Positions 17,543 to 25,071 are shown, counted from the stretch's first letter. The stretch is 25,383 nucleotides of DNA from a virus (IMGVR_UViG_3300037423_000845:1-25383); one strand, 5' to 3'. Numbers and translations are program-made. The notes: generated from the sequence alone by a model not told the origin.

Positions 17543-17562
17543 CGCTCGGGGTTAGCCGAGCG
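17543..17562 (-). promoter_or_regulatory. 7-bp stem hairpin in the leader of the head operon
   Basis: cgctcgg-N6-ccgagcg inverted repeat between the predicted promoter and the first ATG. No U-tract follows, so function is unknown. Confidence 0.35.
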
Positions 17563-17587
17563 GATTAGAAGACCCCATGTGTCACGC

Positions 17588-17616
17588 ATTCTACGCTTGA
17601 CATGGTCAAGGTGCAA
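17588..17616 (-). promoter_or_regulatory. Sigma70-type promoter for the head/tail operon, with a palindrome in the spacer
   Basis: Minus strand TTGCAC-17 nt-TAGAAT. The spacer holds the perfect inverted repeat CTTGAC-N3-GTCAAG (17596-17610). Locally AT-rich. Confidence 0.65.
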
Positions 17617-17713
17617 CATGGCGCGCGCGCCAATACCAGAACACGCCGGATCCGATCGCGACGATGAGGCACGTACCGACGACGAGGATGGCGGTCCGCA
17701 GGCTGTCCGACAT
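17606..17713 (-). CDS. 35-aa single-pass membrane peptide (absent from the ORF track)
   Basis: Hand translation MSDSLRTAILVVGTCLIVAIGSGVFWYWRARHVAP*: ~20 hydrophobic residues followed by an aromatic belt and basic residues; GC3-biased codons. No strong Shine-Dalgarno. Confidence 0.6.
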   Translation of the reverse strand: MSDSLRTAILVVGTCLIVAIGSGVFWYWRARHVAP

Positions 17714-17725
17714 GTCATGGTCACA

Positions 17726-18079
17726 CTAACAGAATTCTTCCGGTGCGCTTGTGCGGCACCGTTCGACGAGCGGCCATCGGCGCGGCCAGTCGCGAAAGAG
17801 GAGGTATGCGGCGATGGTCTGCGCCATCCAGCGGCGCTTCTTGAACACGGCGCTCTCCGTTGGTCGGTCGATGGCGTTCTCGCCGGTCGTCGTCCACATG
17901 TGCTCGTACGGCAGCCTCCACGGCACGAGCTGAAGGATCCGGTGGAAGTCAACGAAGCCTCGGCGACGTTCCCACTGCTCGATCAGTTCATCCTGGAGCA
18001 CGGCTACTGCGACTTCGGCGAGGTCGTCGTCGTAGGCGTCCAGCGCGATCTTGAGCACGCGTTCCTCGTTCGGAGTCAT
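17726..18079 (-). CDS. Hypothetical protein (117 aa; start revised to MTPNEER)
   Basis: ATGA overlap at 18076-18079; protein-like composition. Confidence 0.7.
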   Translation of the reverse strand: MTPNEERVLKIALDAYDDDLAEVAVAVLQDELIEQWERRRGFVDFHRILQLVPWRLPYEHMWTTTGENAIDRPTESAVFKKRRWMAQTIAAYLLFRDWPRRWPLVERCRTSAPEEFC

Positions 18080-18342
18080 CCGCGGAGCTTCTCGACGAGC
18101 CGCCGGAGCGCCTCTTCGCCGGTGCGGCCGAACTCGTGACCAGTCGGGCCGCTCCAAAGCGGGGAGTCGGTGCGCGGGTCCGGATCGACGGTGTAGGCCG
18201 CCCATCGGTATTGATCTTCCGGGTCAGCGTGAAGCAGGACGTCAAACGACACGCTGTATGCGCCGAGCGCCTTCGCCTCGGCGAGAAGCTTCCCAAACGC
18301 GCCGCGGTCGTGGCCCGAGACGTATTCGCTTCCGTCGCTCAT
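18076..18342 (-). CDS. Hypothetical protein (88 aa; start revised to MSDGSEY)
   Basis: ATGA overlap with the terL stop at 18339-18342; C-terminal GRTGEEALRRL motif. Confidence 0.7.
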   Translation of the reverse strand: MSDGSEYVSGHDRGAFGKLLAEAKALGAYSVSFDVLLHADPEDQYRWAAYTVDPDPRTDSPLWSGPTGHEFGRTGEEALRRLVEKLRG

Positions 18343-19901
18343 CCTGCCCGCCTCCAGAAGGGCCTTTCGGCCCGGTCCCTCATCGCCCGCTGGCGCTGGT
18401 CGCGCTGCGCTGCTGCCCATTCCTGTGTGCCAACCTCCGGCGGCGGGGTCGCAATCGGCTTGCCGCACACCTGCCAGATCGCCAGCGTGAACGCATCGGC
18501 GAGGTCGCCATGGCCGCCCATTGCCCAGCGCGGATGCTTGATGCTCATCCCGCCGCCGGCGGTCGGCTTGCCCTGCGTCTCGCGGAGCTGCTGGAGCAGC
18601 CGAGCCACAAGCTCCTCAGGCAAATTCTTCGTATGCAGCCGCACCTTGCCCTCGCGAAGGAGCTGACGCGCGCGAACATAGTTCTCCGCGGGCGCGTTCG
18701 GCGACGGCGAGTAGATGAGCCCGCGTTCTTGCAGGTGCTCCTCAATACTGGAGCGGTGATGCTGGTCGGCCGTGACGTAGTCGCAGCGGCCTGCGATGAC
18801 CTCGACGAAGCGCGCGACCGTGGTGGACGGCTTGAGCGGCATCTCAGGCGTTGGCCGCTCCTCGGTGCCGTCGAAGATGTGCAGCATGTCGCCGCGAAGT
18901 GCGACCATGAGTAGCGCCGACGAGTCTCCGCGAAAGGCGAAGTCGCCACCTGCGCCCACGACGTCGCGTGGTTGGAGCGCGAACACTTCGTCCGTGAGCA
19001 TCGCGTCGAGCGTGACCGACTCGAAAAACACGGTGGTGCCCGAGGTCATAAAGCGCGCACCGAACTCGCGAGCGGCGTTGTCGGGGTCGTCGGCCTCGGC
19101 CTCTTCGACCGCGGTGCGCGTGATGTGGTTGTCGTTCATCACGAGCGTCGGCGCATGCGCAACGTGGGCGGTATCCGGCCGCTCCTTCCAGAAGCGGTAC
19201 AGCAGGCCAGCTTCCGCCCACGGCGTGGACGTGATCAGGATCTGCCCGCCCGGCAAAAGGACCGCCGAGCCTGCGCGATAGAGCTCCTCGTCGTTGATTT
19301 TGAAGCTGTTGTCGCGGAAGAACGCACACTCGTCGAGCGCGAAGTCGAGGAACCAACGGCCACGAGCGGCGGTGCCGCCTGCCGTGGCAACGCCACACTC
19401 GAAGGTCACGAGCTTGCCGTCAGGGCGACGCAGCGTGAATTCCTCGGCCTTCTCGCTGACGAGCATGGCGCGCAGATCGGGCTTGCTCTGCACCGCGCCG
19501 AGCGCATAGCGGAATACCTCGTCTCGCATGTTCGAGCGCGGCGCGATGATCATCGAGACCGCGCGGATGCCCGGCGGTAGCTTCGGCACGTCGCGCACGA
19601 GCATTCCGTGCACCATCCGAAGAGCCACCATGACGTAGCTCTTACCCGCTCGTCGTCCGCAGACAGCGGCCACGACACGACGGCGCCCCACCGGCACGTC
19701 CGCGCCGAAGATTTTCGCCGCGAGGTCTCGGTCCAGGGGCTCCACACCATCATAGGCCACGCGTCCGAACTCAGCCTGGCCTGGGGTGAGCTCGACGCCG
19801 AGCCAGGCGCAGAACCCGAGGAACGAGGCGGGGACATCACGCGGCGCGCTGGTTGTCGTTGCCAGGCTCGCTCTCGCCTGCAGGGCTTTCGCGACTCGCA
19901 T
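18339..19901 (-). CDS. terL: Terminase large subunit
   Basis: Q-motif LTPGQ, Walker A CGRRAGKS, Walker B FALDE, coupling motif ITSTP, REFGARF, and nuclease acidic residues GGDFAFRGDSSA, ADQ and HGDLADAF. Confidence 0.93.
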   Translation of the reverse strand: MRVAKALQARASLATTTSAPRDVPASFLGFCAWLGVELTPGQAEFGRVAYDGVEPLDRDLAAKIFGADVPVGRRRVVAAVCGRRAGKSYVMVALRMVHGMLVRDVPKLPPGIRAVSMIIAPRSNMRDEVFRYALGAVQSKPDLRAMLVSEKAEEFTLRRPDGKLVTFECGVATAGGTAARGRWFLDFALDECAFFRDNSFKINDEELYRAGSAVLLPGGQILITSTPWAEAGLLYRFWKERPDTAHVAHAPTLVMNDNHITRTAVEEAEADDPDNAAREFGARFMTSGTTVFFESVTLDAMLTDEVFALQPRDVVGAGGDFAFRGDSSALLMVALRGDMLHIFDGTEERPTPEMPLKPSTTVARFVEVIAGRCDYVTADQHHRSSIEEHLQERGLIYSPSPNAPAENYVRARQLLREGKVRLHTKNLPEELVARLLQQLRETQGKPTAGGGMSIKHPRWAMGGHGDLADAFTLAIWQVCGKPIATPPPEVGTQEWAAAQRDQRQRAMRDRAERPFWRRAG

Positions 19902-20313
19902 CGAGCACCTTCCTGAAGGTCTCGTCGTCGAGGCGCTTCTGCAGGCGGTCCGTGAACGCGTCGATTTCTTCGGTTACCGCGGTGCGGACGCGCGAGGCCC
20001 ACCGCTTCGGCCAGCGACGCTCGAGAATCCAGGCGCGCGATTGCCACGGGTCGGCGCCGCGCCCGCCCTCGCCGGGAATGCTCGGCATCGCGTTTCGAAT
20101 CGATTCGAGCAGTTCGCTCTCGGCCTCGGCCTCGGCGGCCTGCAGCTCGCGCGTGAACGTCGCATAGGGCTCGTCCTCGCGTTGCTCCCAAACGTACAGC
20201 GTCGACCGGTGCACGCCCGCGAGCGCCGCCGCCGTCGTGCGGTAGTTGCCGTTGCGGACGGCCGCCACGATGGTGCGGGCGACATCGGGCGTCAGCTCGG
20301 TGTGGCGACCCAT
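19837..20313 (-). CDS. terS: Terminase small subunit
   Basis: N-terminal HTH (TELTPD...AAALAGVHRSTLYVW), then WQSRAWILERRWPKRW; directly upstream of and overlapping terL. Confidence 0.8.
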   Translation of the reverse strand: MGRHTELTPDVARTIVAAVRNGNYRTTAAALAGVHRSTLYVWEQREDEPYATFTRELQAAEAEAESELLESIRNAMPSIPGEGGRGADPWQSRAWILERRWPKRWASRVRTAVTEEIDAFTDRLQKRLDDETFRKVLDASRESPAGESEPGNDNQRAA

Positions 20314-20636
20314 CAGCGGCGCTTGCCTCGCTGCTGGGTACGCTGCGCGTTCGAAGCGTTGATCGCCGCCATGTCTTCGGTGCCGGCGATCGGCGCCTCC
20401 GTGTCGACCGGCTCGATCCGCTCGCGCGTGTAGCTGTAGCCGTAGCCGCCAATCGTGACGGGCTCGGCAAGATGCGCTGCGCTGAGCGAGAAGATACCCG
20501 GCAGCGTTTCGCGAATGTCCCAGCCATCGACGGCGCGGAACACGTCAGCGCGCAATTCACCGAAGGACTCGCCGCCGAGAATGCGTCCGCCAGGAATGAC
20601 GACGTGGTCGTCAAGATTCAGCACGGCGATCTTCAT
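20313..20636 (-). CDS. Hypothetical protein (107 aa)
   Basis: Coupled at both ends (ATGA and TGATG overlaps); basic C-terminal tail. Confidence 0.7.
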   Translation of the reverse strand: MKIAVLNLDDHVVIPGGRILGGESFGELRADVFRAVDGWDIRETLPGIFSLSAAHLAEPVTIGGYGYSYTRERIEPVDTEAPIAGTEDMAAINASNAQRTQQRGKRR

Positions 20637-20785
20637 GACCGCGCCTTGCGCTGCTTCTTCAGCAGGTTCCGCAGCCGCCGCCGCTGACCGTCAGCGAGCT
20701 GCTTCTCGGTAAAGGCGTCTTCGTGCGGGATGACACTCATGCGCGCGAGCGCGCGGCAGATGCGACGGTTCTCGGTGTCCTTCAC
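20633..20785 (-). CDS. Small basic hypothetical protein (50 aa; absent from the ORF track)
   Basis: Hand translation MKDTENRRICRALARMSVIPHEDAFTEKQLADGQRRRLRNLLKKQRKARS*. GGAGG Shine-Dalgarno; GTGA and ATGA overlaps fill the gap exactly. Confidence 0.7.
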   Translation of the reverse strand: MKDTENRRICRALARMSVIPHEDAFTEKQLADGQRRRLRNLLKKQRKARS

Positions 20786-21369
20786 GCAGCCCTCCGTTCA
20801 TTCGGCGCCCAGCGTTTTCGCTCGGGGTCGAGGATGTGGTTCGCGACGGCGACGAAGATGTGGTCTTGGTCGAGTAGCCGCTCCGAAACCTGGCGAAGCG
20901 ACGAGCCCCAGCCGCGCTCGCGACGCCAGCGAAGCGGAATCATCTTCAGCTTCGCGAGGTCCACGAGGTCGAGCACGGTGCGCATCGGACGCTCGAGCGT
21001 GTCGCCCAACACAAGGCGCGCGAGCTCGGGTCCGAAGCCAGCGCGAACGCTCTCGCGCTTGATGCCCACGCCGTACACCACATCACCGTCGACGACGGCC
21101 CACGCGTGGATGACGGCCGGCGCGCCAGGCTCGTGCGTGACTCGCTCCGGATCACACGCGACGATGACGCGCGCGCCACTGCGGAGCAGGCCCTCGACGA
21201 GAGGCTGGTGGTCCTCCCAAAATTCGATGTTCGACGGCGAGCCTTTTACCCGCGCGTCAGTCCGGCCAGCGCCCTTCGTATCGGTCCCGGCCAACAGTTG
21301 GTTGACCCACATCGACACGAGGCAGTCCTCGTCCTCGAGGACTGCCTCCCGAATCGTCCAGTCGCTCAC
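20782..21369 (-). CDS. GNAT-fold (acetyltransferase-like) protein
   Basis: N-terminal WTIREAVLEDEDCL, beta strands VIVAC and IHAWAVV, and a motif-A-like VGIKRESVRAGFGPELARL. Confidence 0.6.
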   Translation of the reverse strand: MSDWTIREAVLEDEDCLVSMWVNQLLAGTDTKGAGRTDARVKGSPSNIEFWEDHQPLVEGLLRSGARVIVACDPERVTHEPGAPAVIHAWAVVDGDVVYGVGIKRESVRAGFGPELARLVLGDTLERPMRTVLDLVDLAKLKMIPLRWRRERGWGSSLRQVSERLLDQDHIFVAVANHILDPERKRWAPNERRAA

Positions 21370-21426
21370 GTGGTCGGCATCAGGTCACTCGCTTGGTGGG
21401 CCGCCGCATCTCGCGGGTCACCTCCA

Positions 21427-21461
21427 CCTGTACCATAGAAACGCCTGCGTTTCAATGTCGC
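21427..21461 (-). promoter_or_regulatory. Probable promoter of the packaging operon with an overlapping palindrome
   Basis: Two possible registers on the minus strand: TTGAAA-17-TACAGG with an extended TG, or GCGACA-18-TATGGT. Inverted repeat GAAACGC-N2-GCGTTTC (21438-21453), extendable to 21434-21457 with one mismatch. Confidence 0.5.
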
Positions 21462-21505
21462 GAGGCAAAGCGCTACCGTGGGACGAATCGCCCCGAGGCA
21501 AAGCG
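21461..21505. repeat. Two perfect 12-bp direct repeats CGAGGCAAAGCG, 33 bp apart
   Basis: Seen at 21461-21472 and 21494-21505. Confidence 0.9.
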
Positions 21506-21534
21506 GGCCTGCTACAGCGTAGGCTGCGGCCCGC
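21500..21534 (-). terminator. Possible weak intrinsic terminator of the replication operon
   Basis: GCGGGCC/GGCCCGC outer stem with inner CTAC/GTAG stem, followed by only TTT on the minus strand. Confidence 0.35.
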
Positions 21535-21570
21535 GGTGACGCCCTCTCGGCGCCCTTTGTCAACGTCGAT

Positions 21571-21717
21571 CTATGACACGAGCCACTCCGTAGCCCTGAG
21601 AGCGGCGTGCACGCGTGCGATTGCACACGCTTTTGCCGCCCGGTCGCGATCTTGCGCGCGGAAGCGCGCCTCCAGTTGCTGCCTAGCCCAGGCTCGGAAG
21701 ACCTGCTCTGGAATCAC
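21571..21717 (-). CDS. Small hypothetical protein (48 aa; start revised to GTG at 21717)
   Basis: GGAGGG Shine-Dalgarno 7 nt upstream; MIPEQVFRAWARQQLEARFRAQDRDRAAKACAIARVHAALRATEWLVS*. Confidence 0.5.
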   Translation of the reverse strand: MIPEQVFRAWARQQLEARFRAQDRDRAAKACAIARVHAALRATEWLVS

Positions 21718-21746
21718 GGCGTGTCCCTCCACGCCGGTCGGGATAG

Positions 21747-22154
21747 CTAGCGGCGTGCCGTCTCCACCAGCACCTCGACGCCGTAGCCGCCGACCTGAAG
21801 CCCGATCTCGCGCGGCCTTGGCTTGCGTTGCGCGTACCGCCACTCGTGCGCCTCGTCGCCGTCGTTGATGCCGAGCTCGGCTGCCACCTGGTCACGGATC
21901 GCCTTGGCGGCGCCCTGAAGGTTGTCCGAGTCGAGTTTGCGCCCGGCGATGCGGGTGAGCGTGATGACGTACGGCGCGACCGGCTTGCAAGCACGGTGAG
22001 CGAGCCAGTGCAGGTGCACGCACTCCCGCTGCATCGCTCGGCGGCGGTGCCGCGCCATGTGGTGCTCGCGCGCGTTGTTCTCGCTGACCGTCTTGATCGG
22101 CAGCGTCATGCGGATGCTGGCGTCGTTCCACGGCAGGCTATTCGCGGCGCTCAC
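21747..22154 (-). CDS. rusA: RusA-like Holliday junction resolvase (start revised to GTG at 22154)
   Basis: SENN, VITLTR and the catalytic signature LDSDNLQGAAKAIRD..LGIND (DxDNxxxxKxxxD); GTGA overlap; typical position after replication genes. Confidence 0.85.
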   Translation of the reverse strand: MSAANSLPWNDASIRMTLPIKTVSENNAREHHMARHRRRAMQRECVHLHWLAHRACKPVAPYVITLTRIAGRKLDSDNLQGAAKAIRDQVAAELGINDGDEAHEWRYAQRKPRPREIGLQVGGYGVEVLVETARR

Positions 22155-22366
22155 GAGGCCAGCCTCCGGCGCCGGAGCTCGTCGGCCTTGGCGCCATCGA
22201 CCTTCGCGCAGTCGCGGCACGTTGCACGCTGCGCCATCGCAGATTCGCGCGCATCCCGCGTCACGGTGTGCCCGCATTCGAGCTTCAGCGCGACGCGGCC
22301 GTTGACGATATCGCCCCGCTCGACCACGAGACGCAGCCCGCGGCGTTTCATTCCGAAGAAACTCAT
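22151..22366 (-). CDS. Small Zn-binding protein (71 aa)
   Basis: LECGH...CRDC; coupled at both ends. Confidence 0.7.
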   Translation of the reverse strand: MSFFGMKRRGLRLVVERGDIVNGRVALKLECGHTVTRDARESAMAQRATCRDCAKVDGAKADELRRRRLAS

Positions 22367-23274
22367 TTTGCCCCCAGTCGGATCGGCTTACCCATCTCGA
22401 CAACGCGCCGCGCGAAACCGCCGTCGTAACGCTCCGTGAGCGCCTCGGTGAAGCCCATGACGTCCTTGTCGGCGACGATGCCTGTCGTAATCCAGGTCGG
22501 GCGGTTATCGCGCGCGCGGCCGTAGACGACGTCGGAGATGCAATTATCCCGGTCGTTTGCCTCGTGCCCGAGGTCGTCGAGCAGGACGAGTGGCGCCCGT
22601 AGCGCCTTCGCAACGAGTGGCGCTTCGCCGTCGCCAAGCGAGTGCCCAGCGCGAGCTCGCGCGAGTACCGACGCCTCGACGTAGAACGCTCCGCGTCGCC
22701 GATGTGGCTCCCGCGAGACCCACGCCCAGAGCATCGCTATCGCGAGCGTCGTTTTGCCGGCGCCGACGCGCCCGCGGAAGTGCAGGTTCTGGCCTGGCGG
22801 AGCTTCAAGGCAGCGAGTAATCTGCGCTTCGGTCAGGCTGACGAAGGGTCGACCGGTGCGCGGGCTGAGGTCGCGGAGCTTCATCGCGTTCGCCCCGAGC
22901 GCCCAGCGGAAGTCCTCGGGGATGCTCGCGAGCGTCGTTCGCATCTGCTCGCGAAGCCGAGAGCGCTCCGCGCACGGCGCGCATTCGCGTGCGCCGTCGA
23001 CGGCCGCGCCGCACTTGCACACGAACTTCTCGCAGCGTTCGCACGGTCGGTCTGTGCACTCTGTCGCGTGCTGCTCGGCCTCGGCTTGGCGCGCCATGAT
23101 CGCCGGCACGATGTCGGCGAGCCACGAGACCGGCTTCGCCACCTCGGGCGCCTCGACTGCCAACTGCCTACGGCGCTCATCGGACCGCGTCTGAAGTGCA
23201 ACCAGATCCAGGTCCGTCGTGTCGTGATACGGGCCGTTCGCGTACACGTCCGTCGTGTCCTTCGTCGCGCTCAT
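22363..23274 (-). CDS. DnaC/IstB-like AAA+ helicase loader
   Basis: N-terminal Cys cluster, IPEDF, Walker A GRVGAGKT, Walker B VLLDDLG, R...RPTWITT and ERY...FARRV; directly downstream of the initiator. Confidence 0.88.
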   Translation of the reverse strand: MSATKDTTDVYANGPYHDTTDLDLVALQTRSDERRRQLAVEAPEVAKPVSWLADIVPAIMARQAEAEQHATECTDRPCERCEKFVCKCGAAVDGARECAPCAERSRLREQMRTTLASIPEDFRWALGANAMKLRDLSPRTGRPFVSLTEAQITRCLEAPPGQNLHFRGRVGAGKTTLAIAMLWAWVSREPHRRRGAFYVEASVLARARAGHSLGDGEAPLVAKALRAPLVLLDDLGHEANDRDNCISDVVYGRARDNRPTWITTGIVADKDVMGFTEALTERYDGGFARRVVEMGKPIRLGAK

Positions 23275-24197
23275 GATTCACCGCCGAAGAAGTCTGTCCC
23301 TGTCGGCGGCACGTAGCCGTCGAGTCCTTGACGATCGCCCTTCGGGCCGCCGCCAGAGCCGTGTCGCCGGAGTTGCGACACCGCCGGTTTGCCGCCGCGA
23401 TTGATCCACTCGGCGAGCCGCTTTGGATGCCAGTCGTCCTTCGGATCGTCCTTGGACTTGATCCAAGAGCGGACCTGCGCGTCGAGCCACCCGGTTGCGA
23501 GGTTCGCCTCCGGCGGTCCGAAGTCGGAGAGCAGTGCGAGCAGATCGTCCAGGTGGTACCGCTGGTTCGGAAAGCGCCAGACGCGCCCGAGCGTGTCCGA
23601 GGCAGCGGACTCGTAGACCGACTTAGCCTCTTGCCGCATGCTCGCGTTCCCCTCCCATCGACCACGAGCCGGACCCGATGGGGCTACCCCCTGATCCTGT
23701 CCCTGTGTTTGTCCTGCCCTGTGTTTGTCCTGCCCGTCGATCGCGGATGCCCCTTCCTGCATCTCAGGAAGCCCCATCGATTCGTTGGCCGAGATGCCAT
23801 AGGCCATCCCGTAGATACGCTTGAAGTCGTCGACGAACCGATGTCCACGCACCTGCGCCAGTTCGGCGAGCACCTTCCCGCGGCGCTTGTCGGCCTTCTT
23901 CATCGACTCCCCAATCTCGAAGAGTGCATGGTTTGGAATCCACACGAGCTCGGCGTCGAAGTCGTAGTGCGCATAGCCGGCCCGCTCGATGCGCACGAGC
24001 GCAGCGCGCACATCGTCGAGCGAGTGCCCGGTGTGGCTCGCGATGGTCGCCAGCGACAGAAAGAAAATGCCCACCATGTTCGCGTCGGGGCCGGTCGATA
24101 CGTAGCTCGCAATCACTTGCGCCAGCGCGTCACCACGGAGACGCTTTCCAGAGCCTTTGAGCCAAAAAAACGGAGACAGCTTCGAGTAGTTGCGCAT
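23271..24197 (-). CDS. Phage replication initiator protein (start revised to MRNYSK)
   Basis: TGATG overlap at 24195-24199. MRNYSKLSPFFW..G..LRG, ANMVGIFFLSLATIA..TG winged-helix N-terminus, YD...ELVWIPN; repeat-containing linker; precedes the loader as in lambdoid initiator-loader pairs. Confidence 0.8.
   Translation of the reverse strand: MRNYSKLSPFFWLKGSGKRLRGDALAQVIASYVSTGPDANMVGIFFLSLATIASHTGHSLDDVRAALVRIERAGYAHYDFDAELVWIPNHALFEIGESMKKADKRRGKVLAELAQVRGHRFVDDFKRIYGMAYGISANESMGLPEMQEGASAIDGQDKHRAGQTQGQDQGVAPSGPARGRWEGNASMRQEAKSVYESAASDTLGRVWRFPNQRYHLDDLLALLSDFGPPEANLATGWLDAQVRSWIKSKDDPKDDWHPKRLAEWINRGGKPAVSQLRRHGSGGGPKGDRQGLDGYVPPTGTDFFGGES
23677..23778. repeat. Iteron-like repeats; putative replication origin inside the initiator gene
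   Basis: Perfect 16-bp tandem CCCTGTGTTTGTCCTG twice (23701-23732); GAWGCCCCWTC at 23746-23756 and 23768-23778 (22-bp period); an inverted near-copy at 23677-23687. Confidence 0.6.
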
Positions 24198-24370
24198 CAC
24201 TCCACCCCCGGCAGTTCGGGCTGCCGTCCAGACTCGAGGCGCCACGCCATCTCGTCGGCCTCGTCGGGCGCCATGCCAGCGTCGAAGATCAAGATCGCGG
24301 CGCGCTCGAGCACGGCATCGCGTCGGACATCGCTGAGCGTGCGGAGGCGGCGCACGTGGTCGGGGCTCAT
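24197..24370 (-). CDS. Small hypothetical protein (57 aa; absent from the ORF track)
   Basis: MSPDHVRRLRTLSDVRRDAVLERAAILIFDAGMAPDEADEMAWRLESGRQPELPGVE*. ATGA and TGATG overlaps; ERAAI...D.G....EA motif, recalled as common near phage replication genes. Confidence 0.75.
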   Translation of the reverse strand: MSPDHVRRLRTLSDVRRDAVLERAAILIFDAGMAPDEADEMAWRLESGRQPELPGVE

Positions 24371-24969
24371 CGCTTGCCCCCTTTCCGCTCGGCCGCTTCG
24401 AGCTTGCGCCGGAGGACGGCGTTCTCGCGTAGCAGGTCGTCGCGCTCGTTGCGGACGGTGCCGTAGAGGGTCTCACGCTCCTCGTCTCGCGCGCGGTCAG
24501 CTCGGCGAAGCTCCCGCTGCTCGTCGTAGTTGGCCTCAAGCTCCTTGAAGTCGCGCTCAAGCTCCGCAATACGCTTGCGCGCAGCGTCGAGCTCGGCACG
24601 CAGCGGCTCGTGGATGGCGAGCGGCACCGTCTCACGGGTGACGTATTCGGCGAACTGGTCGCGGGCGTTCTCAATGCGCAACTCGTCGTAGCCGCGACGC
24701 TCGAGCGCCGTCTGAGGCTGCTGCGTCCGTTGCTGCCGGCCTTGCTGGAGGCGAACGACCATGCCGTGGTGCTTGCACTTGCGGCAGATGTCCGAGCATG
24801 GATCAAAGTGATGCTCACCGACCGGGCACATGGTCGGCCCGCCCCCATGATCGCCAGGAGACGGCGGATTGAGCTGCCCGTAGCAGGTGGCGCACACCTC
24901 CCCGACGACAGACGCCAGGAGCGCAACCGGCGAGTACGGCTTCGCGCACACGGCGCACCGGCCGGTCAT
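24367..24969 (-). CDS. Zn-finger plus coiled-coil hypothetical protein (200 aa; start revised to MTGRC)
   Basis: GGAGGTG Shine-Dalgarno; CAVC..CATC and C..H..C..CRKC clusters; long E/R/L heptad C-terminal half. Confidence 0.75.
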   Translation of the reverse strand: MTGRCAVCAKPYSPVALLASVVGEVCATCYGQLNPPSPGDHGGGPTMCPVGEHHFDPCSDICRKCKHHGMVVRLQQGRQQRTQQPQTALERRGYDELRIENARDQFAEYVTRETVPLAIHEPLRAELDAARKRIAELERDFKELEANYDEQRELRRADRARDEERETLYGTVRNERDDLLRENAVLRRKLEAAERKGGKR

Positions 24970-25025
24970 TGCGCACCTCCCGTCGTCCAGCGGCGGAGCA
25001 GGGAGAGGGGGTCGCCGCTCGAATC

Positions 25026-25071
25026 TGCACCCGGTGCGCCTACTCGCGCGCAACCGTGCGTTTGTGCGCCC
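25026..25071. repeat. Putative integrase arm-type sites, left arm
   Basis: GTGCGCCT (25034), GTGCGTTT (25056), GTGCGCCC (25064) and inverted TGCACCC (25026) share a core with the right-arm repeats. Confidence 0.45.

Noticed and set aside
17597-17630. Plus-strand TTGACA as an antisense promoter toward terL
   Set aside because: No -10 hexamer at a 16-18 nt spacing; the hexamer is explained as half of the palindrome.
21461-21505. Mini-CRISPR array
   Set aside because: Only two 12-bp repeats with a 21-bp gap, too short for CRISPR repeats, and no cas genes in the window.
21535-21563. Perfect TTGACA on the minus strand as a promoter
   Set aside because: The sequence 17 nt downstream is GTCACC, which is not a -10 element.
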